From: Octopus vulgaris
Taxonomy: Eukaryota
Direction: 5' to 3'
NCBI GenBank assembly: GCA_951406725.2
Contig: OX597822.1
Coordinates: 115,940,001-116,004,000 of the forward strand
DNA length: 64,000 bases
Each line of letters begins with the position of its first letter. The first letter of the stretch is position 1. A program made the translations under genes and the position numbers. Under the pieces are notes generated by a model. The model was not told where the DNA came from. It did no database searches and saw nothing but the letters and a program-made list of their open reading frames with translations. Of this stretch, positions 24,966-37,913 are shown one piece after another.

Positions 24966-26096
24966 TTATACAGTTCTGCTGAACGCTTAAACCAGTCAAC
25001 TGTGCAAGTCAATGCTACTGGTTTACAAATAGGGGAAGTGAGCCAGCAAGAGACGAGTCTTTATACCCAAGGCAAGAGAATGTTTACAACGGGATGCAAA
25101 CTACCAAATCTGAATGGCAGACAACTAACTTGGCAACCGGTTACAACACTGCAAATGAAACTCAAAAACAGTGCACATATGCACACATAGACACACATAC
25201 CTTGTTAGATAGTTCACAATATCTGCTCACTTGTAAAAGAACTTATATTCACCATCACTATTGCAGTTATCAATCTCACAGACTTCTCGCTTCCTACCAT
25301 TCTAGAAAAGAATTTATACTTTTCTCTGAACTGTTAACACATAATTGTTAAGAGTTGAAATTTTCTGTCAATGGCTCCTTAACTAAACACTCACTCAACT
25401 CCCCTCTCTCTCTCTCTCTCTGTGCATATCTACTGTCACTGCTTTCCACCTTTCTTTTGCCTATTGCCCTTCTTGGTCACTTCATGTCTTAAGTTACTGA
25501 GCACTTTCTCCATTTACTGTGTAAAGGCACTCTACTCCTCTGCTGATACCACCAAAAATGCACCCAAATAAACACTGCAAAGTGGTTGGCAAATGGACCG
25601 AGAAAACATAAAGCTCTGCAGTCACTTTAGTCCCGTTTGTCTTATCTCATCAATGACCTGTCAACCCTTCTAGTGCTGGTGCCACAAATGAAGCACCCAG
25701 GGATTCATGATAAGAAGTGCATCCTGCCATAGAAATCAAACCAACCTACAAAAGCAGTGGCTCTGATTGTGATGACTCATCTAACCCATGTTAACACATG
25801 GAATACAGACATAATGATGATGATGATGATGAGATACAGTTTGAAGATTCTCATACAAAATGAAGCCAACGTTCACCGTGAGACATAGAAATGTCTGATT
25901 ATCTCGATAAAACTCTTACTCAACAATTAACCAACCTGTACTGAATTCTCTTTGTGGCTGCAGACAGACAGACAGGTGGGTGGATGGGTGGAAGGATGGA
26001 TACATGTGTAAATGTTATGTAACTGTTAATGCACAGTCATTTATCACTTGAACTAGAGGACAAGAATGTGTTACATACCCTACCTATTTGCCAAGC

Positions 26097-26531
26097 TAAC
26101 CCTTCGTTACCACATCTCTGCTGAAATACACTTTTATTTTCAAATCATGAAGAATATATCAATATAACTTCATCATTATTAAGCTTGTGTCTAGAACATA
26201 AATTAACCGGAAATATTGATAGGAACTTTTAATTCAGACCACTTCAACCCTTTAGCAATCAGATTTTTCTGTTGTGCATCTTGCTTATTTATTCACGCTG
26301 CTTTGAATTAATCATGCATTATCTTGTAGCATCAAAATTTCAATGATGTGATTGTTTCTGGTTAGAATGACATTGCAAGGTAGCTGTGAAGAGGCTAGAT
26401 CTGGCTGGTTTGAACACAGAACAGAATATTTGGGTCCGATATGGCCAGTTTAAATGCTAAAGAGTTAAAACAAGAAGTTTGTACTGTAAAACCAAGGGTG
26501 GCTTCGGGTGATTTGGTATTAAAAGGGCTAA
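26097..26531 (+). mobile_element. piggyBac-like MITE (second family) split by a nested family E MITE
   Basis: Ends TAACCCTTCGTTACC ... GGTATTAAAAGGGCTAA. A related uninterrupted copy lies on the minus strand at ~47445-47665. Confidence 0.6.
26244..26468 (+). mobile_element. piggyBac-like MITE (family E)
   Basis: TCAA-CCCTTTAGCAAT ... AATGCTAAAGAG-TTAA. Confidence 0.8.
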
Positions 26532-27744
26532 GTAAGCCCTTAGTAATAATGGGTTTAGAAGTAGTGTCTCTGGATAATCAAAAGGGGTATTACACAAGAT
26601 TAAAACTAGTCCAAATGGTGGTCCCTTTTTTCCTGTCAAAGAGGATATTGTGTATAAAGGCAAATTATTTATAACTGTCAATTGTATACAGTGCTGATCT
26701 AAATCTATAGTTATATCCCCTAGTATACTACAGCATACACACACACACACCCACACATGGATTAACATACATAAATATACAGAGATATAATTACGGGTAG
26801 GGAGGCACATTTCAATGTAAACAAAGTACAACCGCTTGCTCATTTTTTCTTCTCTTTTCAACTATCATCTCAAAAACAAAGCAATAAGATTTGAAAGATT
26901 ATTTCAAATTATCACTGAATCTCTGTGGGTGTCACATACTAACTTCAACTTAAGAATTTAAGGTAGGCATTAAAACTGTATAAACATGGTCATTTCTTTT
27001 TACAGTCCACATATGTTGGGTTAGTTTAGATTGTGAAAATAAATAAATTTATATTGATTTCAAAGTCCATAGATTGACAATGATACAATTTGTGTAGTTA
27101 AATATGGCATCTGAACATTGTTCAGTACAATAGAATGTTAGGATAATGAATATTCTGATTGTGAGTGACAATGTGAAGAAACAGCTGGGGAACGGAAACC
27201 CTAGAGATAAAGAAGAGTTTGATAGAGAAAGGAGTTGAACAATAATAAGAAAGGTGATGGAAGGGGAGATAATAATGAACAGAGGGGGGCACAGTAAGGT
27301 CAACCATACAAAGCAGAATCCTACGAGACACAGATTCCCACCCGGATCTACATAAGTCAGGAAACAAGATAAGGGTACCTTTATGGAAGACCCACTGGAA
27401 GTATGCATTCAATATTTTGCCTAGTTTCAACCAATTGGCTGGAGAAATGATAGCAATGCTGAAGAGGTGCAGAGTGTGAGTTGTTTTGATGAGTATCAAC
27501 AGCCTTGTAGCACGGATCCCAGTTTTTTTGTGTTTTGTGCTTTTTTTTAAAGGCTTGCAGCTGTTGCGAAGTGTGAGTGTGCAACATGGTGACAAATGGG
27601 TTCATAAAATGCACTTCCCAACACCGATCTCAGACTTTACAAAGCTCTGCATGAATACCTCAACAGCTGTTGTGTAACCTTGGCAACTGAGTGTAACTTA
27701 CAGACATATTTATCGTTTTCCATGGATTTCTATCTAAAATGGCA

Positions 27745-27955
27745 AGTTAGCAGCATTGTTAGAGAGTCGGACAAAAGCTTTGTCGTATTTGTTCTGGCGC
27801 TTTCATTCTGAGTTAAATCCGGCCAAGATCCACTCTACCTTTCCTCCTCCTGAGGTTGATAAAATAAAGTACTTGTCAAGTACTAGAGCTCATGGTATCA
27901 GCTAACCCCTTACCTCCCAAAATTGCTGGCCTTGTACCTAAATTAAAAACTATTA
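27745..27955 (+). mobile_element. SINE family B, diverged
   Basis: TCTGAGTTAAATCC...GAGGTTGATAAAATAAAGTAC...AAATTGCTGGCCTTGTACC. Confidence 0.7.
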
Positions 27956-28240
27956 TCTTTTATAGATGTCTGAAATATTTAAATAGATAATAATATTTTA
28001 TACAAATCATTTAAATTCTGTTGTTATTGTTTAAAACGAAGACCACTTAGAACTGATTCCTAAAATACAGCACCCGCAATCCTTGAAACACACTGTATTG
28101 CAAGTCAACACAGCGTACATAGTCAGCAATTGTGACCTACAATTAAATAATGGTCTTAAAAATGTGATCAGAAAGTGTGTGAATGCTCTCAATTTGAAGG
28201 TCCAAATTGACAAATGAATGTTAAAATCATGCTCCTCTTA

Positions 28241-28910
28241 TACAGAGGTGATTAAATGAAATATTCCAAAGAATATCATAATCAAAATGGTGGTCCTAGT
28301 GAGTAAAATAACAGTAAAAATGAGATAATAAAAATATAACCAAGGAAACAAATTAAACCAATTAAACAAAAAAAAAACTTTTAAAAACATAATAACGCAT
28401 GCACCAACTGATGAGCTTTTGTTTCAATAATTTTTTCTGTTTTGGATTTGTTTGTTTTTTAAATAATTCTATATTATTGCTGAAAGATGTTAGTTTTAGA
28501 ATAAAAATTACTGGAATGTGAAGAATTACAATGTTAACCATTTTCTGAACCAATGTTTCAAATTTGCAGAATTGATTATATGAACTCTAAATTTACCTAT
28601 TAGAGGTTTTTGTCTTTTGGGAAAGTGTATAGAATAATAACTACTTTTAGTTCCTAAAAAGCTAAATGTATAGGAAAAGTTAGCTAACATTCCCAAGAAT
28701 CTAAATTGTAATGAAGAACGCATCTGTTTTATGAGTTCACCATTGTCAATCCTACACAGAATACGATGGCAAACATTTGTAACAATATTTATGATATTCT
28801 GTAATGGCTTTTCAAATACATGTCTCTCCTGCCCCCAAAGGAATCCCACTACTCATTTATAGCCCCTTTTTATGGAGCATATAAAAATAATTGAGATCCG
28901 GGCTAAACTA
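28241..28910 (-). mobile_element. Tc1/mariner-superfamily transposon relic (transposase C-terminus and putative right end)
   Basis: Minus strand encodes SPDLN (28904-28890), then after a short insertion FLWGQERHVFEKPLQNI...LIKQMRSSLQFR (ORF 28526-28849), matching the SPDLNPxDFxLWG motif. TA-CAGAGGTG at 28241-28250 resembles a TA TSD plus TIR start. Confidence 0.55.
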
Positions 28911-29192
28911 GAAGTGTTCTGTAGTATTCAGCCAACAGGACATAAACAGTTAAGTACAACTTAATCCTAAAAAAATAGTTACAAGAATGGCCTGGAACTT
29001 ATTTCATTTTCCCTCTTCTTCCAATATCTATGAGATAAAAAAAAATACTAAAAAACCAAGTAGTTCAACATAAAAATTGGTAAATAAACTCTCTGGTTGT
29101 TTGTTTAGTCCCTGCACACACGCACATACACATGCTCACACACACACACACGAGCACACACACGCACACACACGCACACACATACACATGCG

Positions 29193-29231
<39 letters not shown>

Positions 29232-29704
29232 TTTCAAGTTGAGAAATTCAACACCTCACATACACACAATCCATGTATCTTTACTTTAAGATTACTTCTA
29301 GCTGTAAATGTGAATTGCTGAATTTATCAATTTCATACATAAATATGCTCTACAGCTTCCATATTGAGTACTCTTTTGTTTGCACAAGCTAAGGACAGCT
29401 ATAGCAACTACTGCCATTACAGACATAAATCAGAGGAAGAAGGGTGAGAAAGAGAGAGAGAGGAACAGAAAGAGAGTGAAAGAGAGAGAGAGAGAGAGAG
29501 AAGAACAGAAAGTGGGTGAGAGAGAGAGAGAGAGTGACAGACAGACAGACAGAGTATGAAGCAGAAATGAAATGTTGTTCAGTCTAATGACATTCATATT
29601 CACCACTTCACAGTAAAACAAACAAAAACTCATGACCAGAACACGTAGGAAATAACAGCAAGGTCAAGTGATAAGAAAAACAATAGTGAAAATATATCAG
29701 GGTA

Positions 29705-29761
<57 letters not shown>

Positions 29762-30860
29762 ATATATATATATATATGGATGTGAACTAAAGAACTCAAG
29801 ACAACTTCTAAAAAAACCAATCCTCATTATTCAACAATGACAGTTAAAAATGTTAACACACACACACATACACACACACTCAGATAATTGCTATTCCTTA
29901 CCATTCTACCTTCTGTTACAACACCCAGCATCACTATCATCATCGCATTGGAGTTAATCAACTTTATTTCTCTGCTTTGAACTGATATCAGATGCAAAAG
30001 AGAGAAAAATATTTAAATAAGCAAGAAAAGCTGAAATTTGCTCAAGTGGTTAGAACAGCACGAATCTGTATGTGTGTGTGGACGTTCATATCTCCTGCGT
30101 GCGTTTCAAGAGCCATATTTTCAAGTTTGTTTAACAAAGCACACCCTTATGTACACACTGACACATCTCCAAACACGTACACATTAAGCTAGATACTTAC
30201 TAATAGGCAACCCCACTTCTATCAGATTGCCTTCATTTGATAGCATTTCACAGGTTTATCTGAGCAAGGCTGATTAATTCCAGGAAGCTGGTTCACTGAA
30301 GCATCCAGAATAAGGGTAGACTAGGAGTGGGCATAGAAAATACTTATGGTTCTACTCTAGGCTTTCTAGATACTTCTTCTTAACTTCACTAAAATTTTAG
30401 CGTAAAAGTTCTTCGAAACCAAAGAATCTCAAAATATTCAGAATTCATTTGGATATTTACACAGTCACTCACCAACAAGAACAACACAAATAGGGGGTGG
30501 GTAAGTGCACAGTCTGTTCTCTGGCAATGGAGCAAAAGCAGTTAACAAAACAGCTAAAAGCTTTTCACACATATTACAAAGCAGAACAGGGTTGGAGCCT
30601 AAGATGCGGAGGACGGAGGACGGAGAATAGGAACGAGAGAAAGATGAAACAAAACATGAAATAAAGACAGAAGAGATTATGTTTACTTTTTAGTGACTAA
30701 CAAAAGTTTAAGGTTGACTGAAGGAAGTTAGTCGAACTTTGTTGTGTGTGTGTGTGAGAGTGTGTGAGAAGAGAGAGAGAGAGAGAGAGAATGTGTGCAT
30801 ATTTATAAAATACCAAGTCTGGTTTTTATCAAAAGATTAAGTTGGAAGTTTTTGAAAAAG

Positions 30861-30945
30861 ATCATCACCACCATCACCACCACCACCACCACCACCACCA
30901 CCACCACCACCACCACCATCACCACCACCACCACCACCACCACCA
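30861..30945. repeat. (CAC)n trinucleotide microsatellite
   Basis: Direct observation. Confidence 0.95.
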
Positions 30946-31922
30946 ACACAACTGCTGACACGCCCAACTACCAAGTAAAATTACCCACTAACCTGGCCGT
31001 AAATGCATCATTACCAATGCACCCCCCCACCACCACCACCACTATCACCATCTCAAATACAGCACCACTGCCAGCCCTATCACCACCACAATACCAACTT
31101 CCACTGCCAGGCAACTCACACACAAAGATGCTTTACTTATCAACCTCGGGTGTGTGCACTAAGTAAATAAACTTTCCCCCGTTAGTCGTTTAAGTGAAGC
31201 CAACTTAACCAGTTTCACACCTCAACAGATTTTTGTAGAAAGTCATATTTGTTTTTGTTGCTGTTGTTTTCTGACTTACACACCAAACCTTATACGTTCC
31301 AATGGCTCATTTGCATAATAATACTGAGAAAGATTACTGAAATGACAAGAGAACAATATCAAAGATTTCATAGGAGAGTATTTTTAGAACGACCAGACAG
31401 ACACCAACAGTCGAAGCAACTTCAAGAGTCAGGCAACATCAGCGCTGCTTCCAAATATATTCAATAATCATCATAGGATAATAATACAGAATTTTTACTC
31501 CTCACACTTGGCTCCTTGATACAAACCAAGAAATAATAAGGAAAAGAAAAAGACTCTTGTAAAAGTGAAAGTGGGAGGAAGAGGAGGTGGAGGAGGAGGG
31601 TAGTTGGATCAATGGATAAAAGAACAGCAATGAGAGGCAGCTGGAGTAGTGGCCACACACACACACACACACAGATTTAGAATTTAATGAGTCTCACAAT
31701 TAAAATAAATGAGCAAATAAAACAAAGTAACAAATATCAGAAAAGCAAACTAAAACAACTGAATAACAGAGATGAAATAAGAAATAAACAAGGGACCCTT
31801 TCGTAGTTCTTTACTTCACTGCTGCACTACAGAACACATCTCTAGGTTCTTGGAGCCAACAAGGATTTGCTGAACAATGCGTGCAGATGAAATGTTTACA
31901 ATTATTGTAACACATATTATGT

Positions 31923-32175
31923 GGAGGTGGGTGGCTTAATGGTTAGGGTGTTGGACTCATGATTGTAAGATTGTAGTTTCGATTCCTGAACCAGGGGATG
32001 CATTGTGTTCTTGAGCAAAACACTTCATTTCACAATTGCTCCAGTCCACTCATCTGGCCAAAATGAGTAATCCTGCAATGGACCAGTGTCCTGTCCAAGA
32101 AGGTAAATATGCACCATGGAAACAAACAAAAAAAACAACCCTACAAGTCTATATGACTTGGGAAGGATTTTAATC
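31923..32175 (+). mobile_element. CORE-like SINE, family C
   Basis: GTGGCTTAATGGTTAGGG...GTTTCGATTCCTGAACC...GTGTTCTTGAGCAAAACACTTCATTTCAC. Confidence 0.8.
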
Positions 32176-32389
32176 TTTCTATCCCTAATACATTTTATTG
32201 GCTAAAAATACTGGTAGAAATTTTCTATAACACATAATAGCAACCAAATGAAAACACAGTTAAAACACAAAGAATTTAATGTTCAATCTCATTCAAGCTT
32301 AATAGTGAAACTCACTGCCAAGAAAGTCATTAATATGCAAATTGGACGACCCAGTTTCCTTTAACTTTTAATATTAGTGGGTTTATAAG

Positions 32390-32580
32390 GTAACAAGCTG
32401 GAAGAACCGTTAGCATGCTGGGCAAAATGCTTAGAAGCATTTTGTCTGTCCTTATGTTCTGAGTTCAACTTTACCTTTGACCCTTTCAGGGTCAACAAAA
32501 TGGGTACGAGTTGAGCACTAGTAATCGACTTAGCTGCTGTCCCCAGTTTGTTGGCCTTCTGCCAGAACTTGAAACCAATA
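32390..32580 (+). mobile_element. SINE family B, internally deleted
   Basis: AAGCTGGAAGAACCGTTAGCATGCTGGGCAAAATGCTTAG...GTTCTGAGTTCAA. Confidence 0.75.
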
Positions 32581-33376
32581 TTAATGGGTTTATAAGCAAT
32601 GTGTTTATGGATGGTTAGAGAAGGTATACACCTGCTAATGATCGACTCAAAAAGAGTTAAAACATTTCCCCCTCTTTCTGTCCGCACAACATATTATACT
32701 GACAAATTACTTACAATAATCATAACATTGTTGGCTGAAAAACAAAACCTATAGATACATTCTATAGTACATTATAGAAACAATACAAAACACTGCTAGA
32801 AAAATCAGTAATTTAATATTGCAGAATAATAAAAAGAGAAAAAAACAGAGGAGAACATACAATTCCAGTTATAAAATCTACAAGATTGCTGAATGCAGGT
32901 ACTTAAAGTGAAGCTTTATGCAATGAGGCTGGTAACTATTGAGACGATGATGTAACAAGGGATTTCACTCCCCAAATTAATGTCAGGGGACAGGGGACAT
33001 TCAATAATTAGAATTCTTACTTTTAAATTATTAAAACTACACTAGTAATATCCATGGAAATGTCATAGGTATTTAACACCCGTACGATGGATAGTAGTTC
33101 ATAAAGAACTACAAAATACATAATTTGTTTTGAAAAATGTATTTTTTTTAAACAAATAACTTTTGAGGAGAATCAGAAATTTGTGTATGTTGTAATGGAT
33201 GAGCAGTGTTAGGAGAGGAGGTCTTTGAAAGTTCTATTCTTTGTTCAACCCTTGTTACTTCTCTACTTGCCATAATGGATTCTGGTGTCCTTACAAGGTG
33301 AGAGTTAACGAGGACTTCAGCAATGAGTTCAGTGCATAAAGAGGAGTTCATCCAGATTCAGTCCTCAGCCCACAGG

Positions 33377-33407
33377 CACACACACACACACACACACGCA
33401 CACACAC

Positions 33408-33456
<49 letters not shown>
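33377..33456. repeat. (CA)n microsatellite
   Basis: Direct observation. Confidence 0.95.
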
Positions 33457-33460
<4 letters not shown>

Positions 33461-34259
33461 CATTTGGTTATCTCTCCCAAAATGTCAAGTCTACATCTGT
33501 TACCTCCCTTGCCTCTACTCATTTTCTATCACTCGTCTCTCTCTCTCTGTCACACAATTCACATATCCCCATTACTTTTCTCCCTATCATACTTATCACT
33601 ACCACTCATCTCTCTTTCACTCATCATTCACTTACTCTTACCACAATTCACCTTTACTATCATTCCTCTCTCTCTCTCTCTCTCTCCTCTTCCTCTCCAT
33701 TGTACCATGGCAACCTTCACCCACTCATCTTGATTCTTCTATCACTATAATCTCTCTTCTATCCAGATACACAGCATTCACTGAATGAGTCTATTATCGT
33801 ATAGTGTAGGGGATTCAGAGCAATGTCCCTTGTGCTAGCACCATGATATAAAGTCACTCAGTGCAGTCGGTAAAATTGTGGGCAAACAAGCAGTGACAAA
33901 ATGTCAAGAGGACCATTTAGTCTTGTCAAGTACATGTCAACCATTCCAATGAAGGAGCCATGGAAAAATGCATCCAGTACATTTTATAAAACCGTTGGTA
34001 ATAGGAAGGGCATCCAACCACAGACAGCAAGCGAAAAATGAAATGTATGAGTAAGATGTGGTCCTCCAATTTGTGTAAGAGGGCAACAGCTATGAATAAG
34101 AACTGATTTGGTGCATGACTTGTTCAACTCAGGCTAAGATGGACATAAATTGAAGATATATTAGACACATACAGATTTATTTTTAACAAAAAATTGAAAT
34201 AGAAATAAACTGAACTAAGGCACACATGTGCAGACATACACACCAGAAAAATACAAACT

Positions 34260-34290
<31 letters not shown>

Positions 34291-34571
34291 ACAATAGCCA
34301 ACACTGCCCAAGTGCCAAATGTGTAGAAGTTTATCAAAGCCTCTCATGAGTTTTTTGTTAACCCAGGGCTATAACAGAAGACACTTGCCCAAGGTGCCAT
34401 ACAGTGGGGCTGAACCCAAAATCAAATGGCTTTAAAGTGAACTTTTCAAGCTCACAAACATATAGGAACAATTCCTGTGCCCTCAAGATGATGAAGGACT
34501 GAGATATCTGGCACCTTGCTGTACACAGGAAGGCCCATCCACCACAGCAGAATACATAGATATATATGTGC

Positions 34572-34972
34572 ATGTCCCTCACCTACCACCCTACCTCTCC
34601 AACGCACCATTCTCCGAGTTTTCCGGCATCTCCAGTGCGACCCGTCCACTTCACACATCTTCTCTAACTGACCCCTGCCCTCCTTCAAACGAGCCCACAA
34701 CCTACGAGACCTCTTGGTCCACAGCTTCTTCCCCAGCCCTACCTCATTCCCCTGCTCCCGCCCACACTGCCGCACTTGCCCTTACCTTTCCAACACCACT
34801 CTCCTCACCGGAGACTATTGCATCATCGACTCCTTCACCTGCACCTCCAGCATTATCATCTATTGCATCTCCTGCTCTCTCTGCCAGTCCCTGTACATCG
34901 GACAAATGGGACGGTGCTTGGTTGACCGGTTTGCGGAACACCTCCGAGACATCCACCTCGGCAATGACATCT
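34572..34972 (+). mobile_element. Penelope-like element fragment (RT C-terminal linker plus GIY-YIG endonuclease)
   Basis: One frame reads PLQRTILRVFRHLQCDPSTSHIFSN*PLPSFKRAHNLRDLLVHS...PCSRPHCRTCPY...FTCTSSIIIYCISCSLCQSLYIGQMGRCLVDRFAEHLRDI. It shows the Cys-rich linker and the IIY...YIG...R..EH signature typical of Neptune-type PLEs. Truncated, with one in-frame stop. Confidence 0.9.
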
Positions 34973-35026
34973 GTTTGTTTTGTACACCACCTGTCTTCGT
35001 TTTTTGTTGTTTTTTTCGTAAACTCT

Positions 35027-35068
<42 letters not shown>

Positions 35069-35113
35069 AGAGTTTATATATATACATAGATATATATGTG
35101 TGTGTGTGTATAT

Positions 35114-35145
<32 letters not shown>

Positions 35146-35157
35146 GTACGTATCGAA

Positions 35158-36530
35158 CGTCCTTGGGATTAACCTAGCAAAAACCAAAGTCTTAGCAAGT
35201 AGGAAGGCTGTCAAATCAAAAACCCCTCCAGGTAGATGGCCTGCTCAATTTGTAGAAAAGGCGTGGGTAGAAACCCCATAGGACATACCTGGTATAAGCT
35301 ATGGGCACATAAAAGGTGCAGCAATATCAAAGGAAGGTTAACCAGGAAGATAGTTTTTGTGTGTTGTAGATGCACAGGAGCAATAAACACTGAAGATGTA
35401 CAGAAAACAGATTCCATCACATGCCAGGGAGAAAAACTAGAAGTAGTTAATAGCTTCCACTACCTAGGTGACCAAGTCTGTAATGGGGATGGTTGCTCTG
35501 GGAGTGTAGTGGTTAGAATAAGAAAAGCCTGGGCAAAATTCAGGGAGCTCCTACTGCTGCAAGCAACTAAGGGGCCTCTCATTCAGGATGAAAGGTAGAC
35601 TGTATGATGCATGTGTGCAAACTGCCATGCTATACAGGAGTGAAACAAGGGCCATGACTGCTGAGGACATGCGTAGGCTTGAAAGAAATGAAGATAGTTT
35701 TTGTGTGTGGCAGTATGATCTGCTGGATGAGTAATATCAGTGTACATAGAAGGGACAGTGTAAGTGCCACGAGAGACAAGTTAGACGTAAGAAGCATCAA
35801 ATGTGGTGTGCAAGGGAGATGATTGCACTGGTATGGTCATGTGTTATGCATGGATGAGGACAGCTGTGCAAGGAAGTACCACTCCTTAACTGTAGAAGGA
35901 ACATGTGGGAAGAGGTAAATGAGATGGTGAAGCATGACCTTCAAACATTGGGCCTCACAGAGGCAATGACAGGAGACGAAGACCTTTGGAAATATGCCGT
36001 GACTGAGAAGACCCAGCAACTAAAGAGAGATCGCAGCCATGGCCGATGCCAGTGTTGCATACCCTTGATGCATTGGGTGATATGATATGTTTGGGAAGTT
36101 CTGTTGAGTCAAGTAAAACCAAAATCACAGCTGTGGCCAGTGCTCCCTAACTGGTCCCTATTCCGGTGGCACATGAAAGGCATCATCAAAATGTGGTCAA
36201 TGCCAGTGTCCCCTGACTGGCTCCCTATGCTGGTAGCATGTAAAAAGCACCATCTGAATGTGGTTGATGCCAAGTCCGCCTGACTGGCTCCCATGACGGT
36301 GCTATGTAAAAAGCTAGAACTATCTGACTGGCCCCCATGCCGGTGACACATAAGAAGCACCCACTGCACTCTTGGAGTGGTGGGCATTAGGAAGATCATC
36401 CAGCTGTAGAAACACTGCCAGATTAGATAGGAGCCTGGTGTAGCCGCTGGCTCTCCAGACCTCAGTCAGACCGTCCAACCCATGCCAGCATGGAAAACGG
36501 ACATTAAACAATGATGATGATGATGATGAT
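35158..36530 (+). mobile_element. 5'-truncated, decayed RTE LINE (ORF2 C-terminal third, 3' UTR and (GAT)n tail)
   Basis: GINLAKTKVL...GEKLEVVNSFHYLGD...RIRKAWAKFRELL...KGRLYDACVQTAMLYRSET...LHWYGHVLCMDEDSC. Frameshifts and stops present. 3' UTR has tandem units and ends ATGGAAAACGGACATTAAACAA(TGA)n. Confidence 0.92.
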
Positions 36531-36720
36531 AGTGCTGGTGCCACACAAAATGCCCCCAGGACACTTTGTAAAGTGGTTGGTCTTAGAAATGGCATCCAGC
36601 CATAGAAACCATGCCAGAACAGACAACGGAGCCTGGTGCAGCCCCCAACCTTACCAGCTTCTGTCGAACCGTCCAACCCATGCCAGCATGGAAAATGAAC
36701 ATTAAATGATGGTGGTGATA
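36531..36720 (+). mobile_element. Second RTE-type 3' tail (family D)
   Basis: GTGGTTGGTCTTAGAAATGGCATCCAGCCATAGAAACC...CCAACCCATGCCAGCATGGAAAATGAACATTAAATGATG. Confidence 0.8.
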
Positions 36721-37851
36721 TGTAGATACACACACACACACACACGCACACATATAATGCAAGTTTCTTGAAGGTAATTTGAATGAGACTGTAAACATGT
36801 GTTGTCTTTGAGAGTAGTATGGAAATGAAAGTGGGAACAGCAGCAGAAGAGAAGCAGTCTATAGTAAATTCATTTGGTGTGCATACATGCAGAGCAAATT
36901 TAATGCAAACTAGTTGAATAGACTTGAAACAAACTGATGTAAGCTAAAACATCTTTATTGCAATCTGCATTGTTGTCTCAGTAGAGCAATAAAAATGTTC
37001 GTATGATACTAATGGAGAAAGGAAAACTTGACAAGCAGGAACTAAATCAACCACCAAAGCTATTGAGCAAACCTATCATACATGGATGAGTTGCTTTCAA
37101 AAACTGAAGTTCTGACTATGCATGAATGCACACACACACACACATAGACACACACATAGACACACAAATATATGCATACAGACACCAAAGAATAATGATA
37201 TAAAACAAACACATATAACCTCACTTATATGTTGACTGAAGTAGAAAGCCAATGATACAGACAAAATGTTAGTGACCTGGCAAGCAAATAACTAAATTAG
37301 AATGAAATGAAATATGTATATAGAAAGCAGTCAAAGGTGAGAACAAGAGAATTGAAGTTGGTAGGTTTGTGTGATAAAGAAATTTTATGAAAACTGAGGT
37401 TATAGAATACTATAAAACACTAACTTGTCAAGTAATTTATTTCACTCAAAACTAAAGATACCATCATTAAATAACAATAGCTCAAACTGCTCGACCGAAT
37501 TACTCTGGCTAAAACAAACTACAGTCATTGATGTTGTTGTTGTTGTTGTTGTTGTTGTTGTCACTGCCATTGCTTTCGTTATTCAGTAAATCATCTTCCA
37601 ACTTAGAAATGAGAAAACTTTGTTTACGAGGGAAGTGGTTCGAATTTAAGTTTAAATCGATACGCAGACACGTATCCAGGTACGCAGAGAGGGTATGAAT
37701 GGGAAAAGTCACCGTAAACTGGTTGTGATTGTTAATGAGCTTCAGCCAGAGAGCTAAATGCCTATCTAAATTAACTCAGTAACTGTACAAATTATGAGTC
37801 ATTTAACAGGTTTACAATCACATCTGAAACAAAATAACAACAACAATAAAC

Positions 37852-37865
37852 TAATAATAATAATA

Positions 37866-37913
<48 letters not shown>
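37852..37913. repeat. (TAA)n/(TTA)n microsatellite
   Basis: Direct observation. Confidence 0.9.

Noticed and set aside
30795-31166. Thr/Pro-rich mucin-like ORF
   Set aside because: Produced by a (CAC)n microsatellite and its degenerate flank; no splice signals or other coding evidence.
33323-33733. 136-aa ORF with HT repeat and hydrophobic tail (similarly 54537-54910 and 29077-29289)
   Set aside because: Derived from (CA)n and CT-rich low-complexity sequence.
34568-35089. 173-aa Ser/Pro-rich ORF
   Set aside because: Alternative frame of the Penelope GIY-YIG fragment; the real frame is that of ORF 34714-35172.
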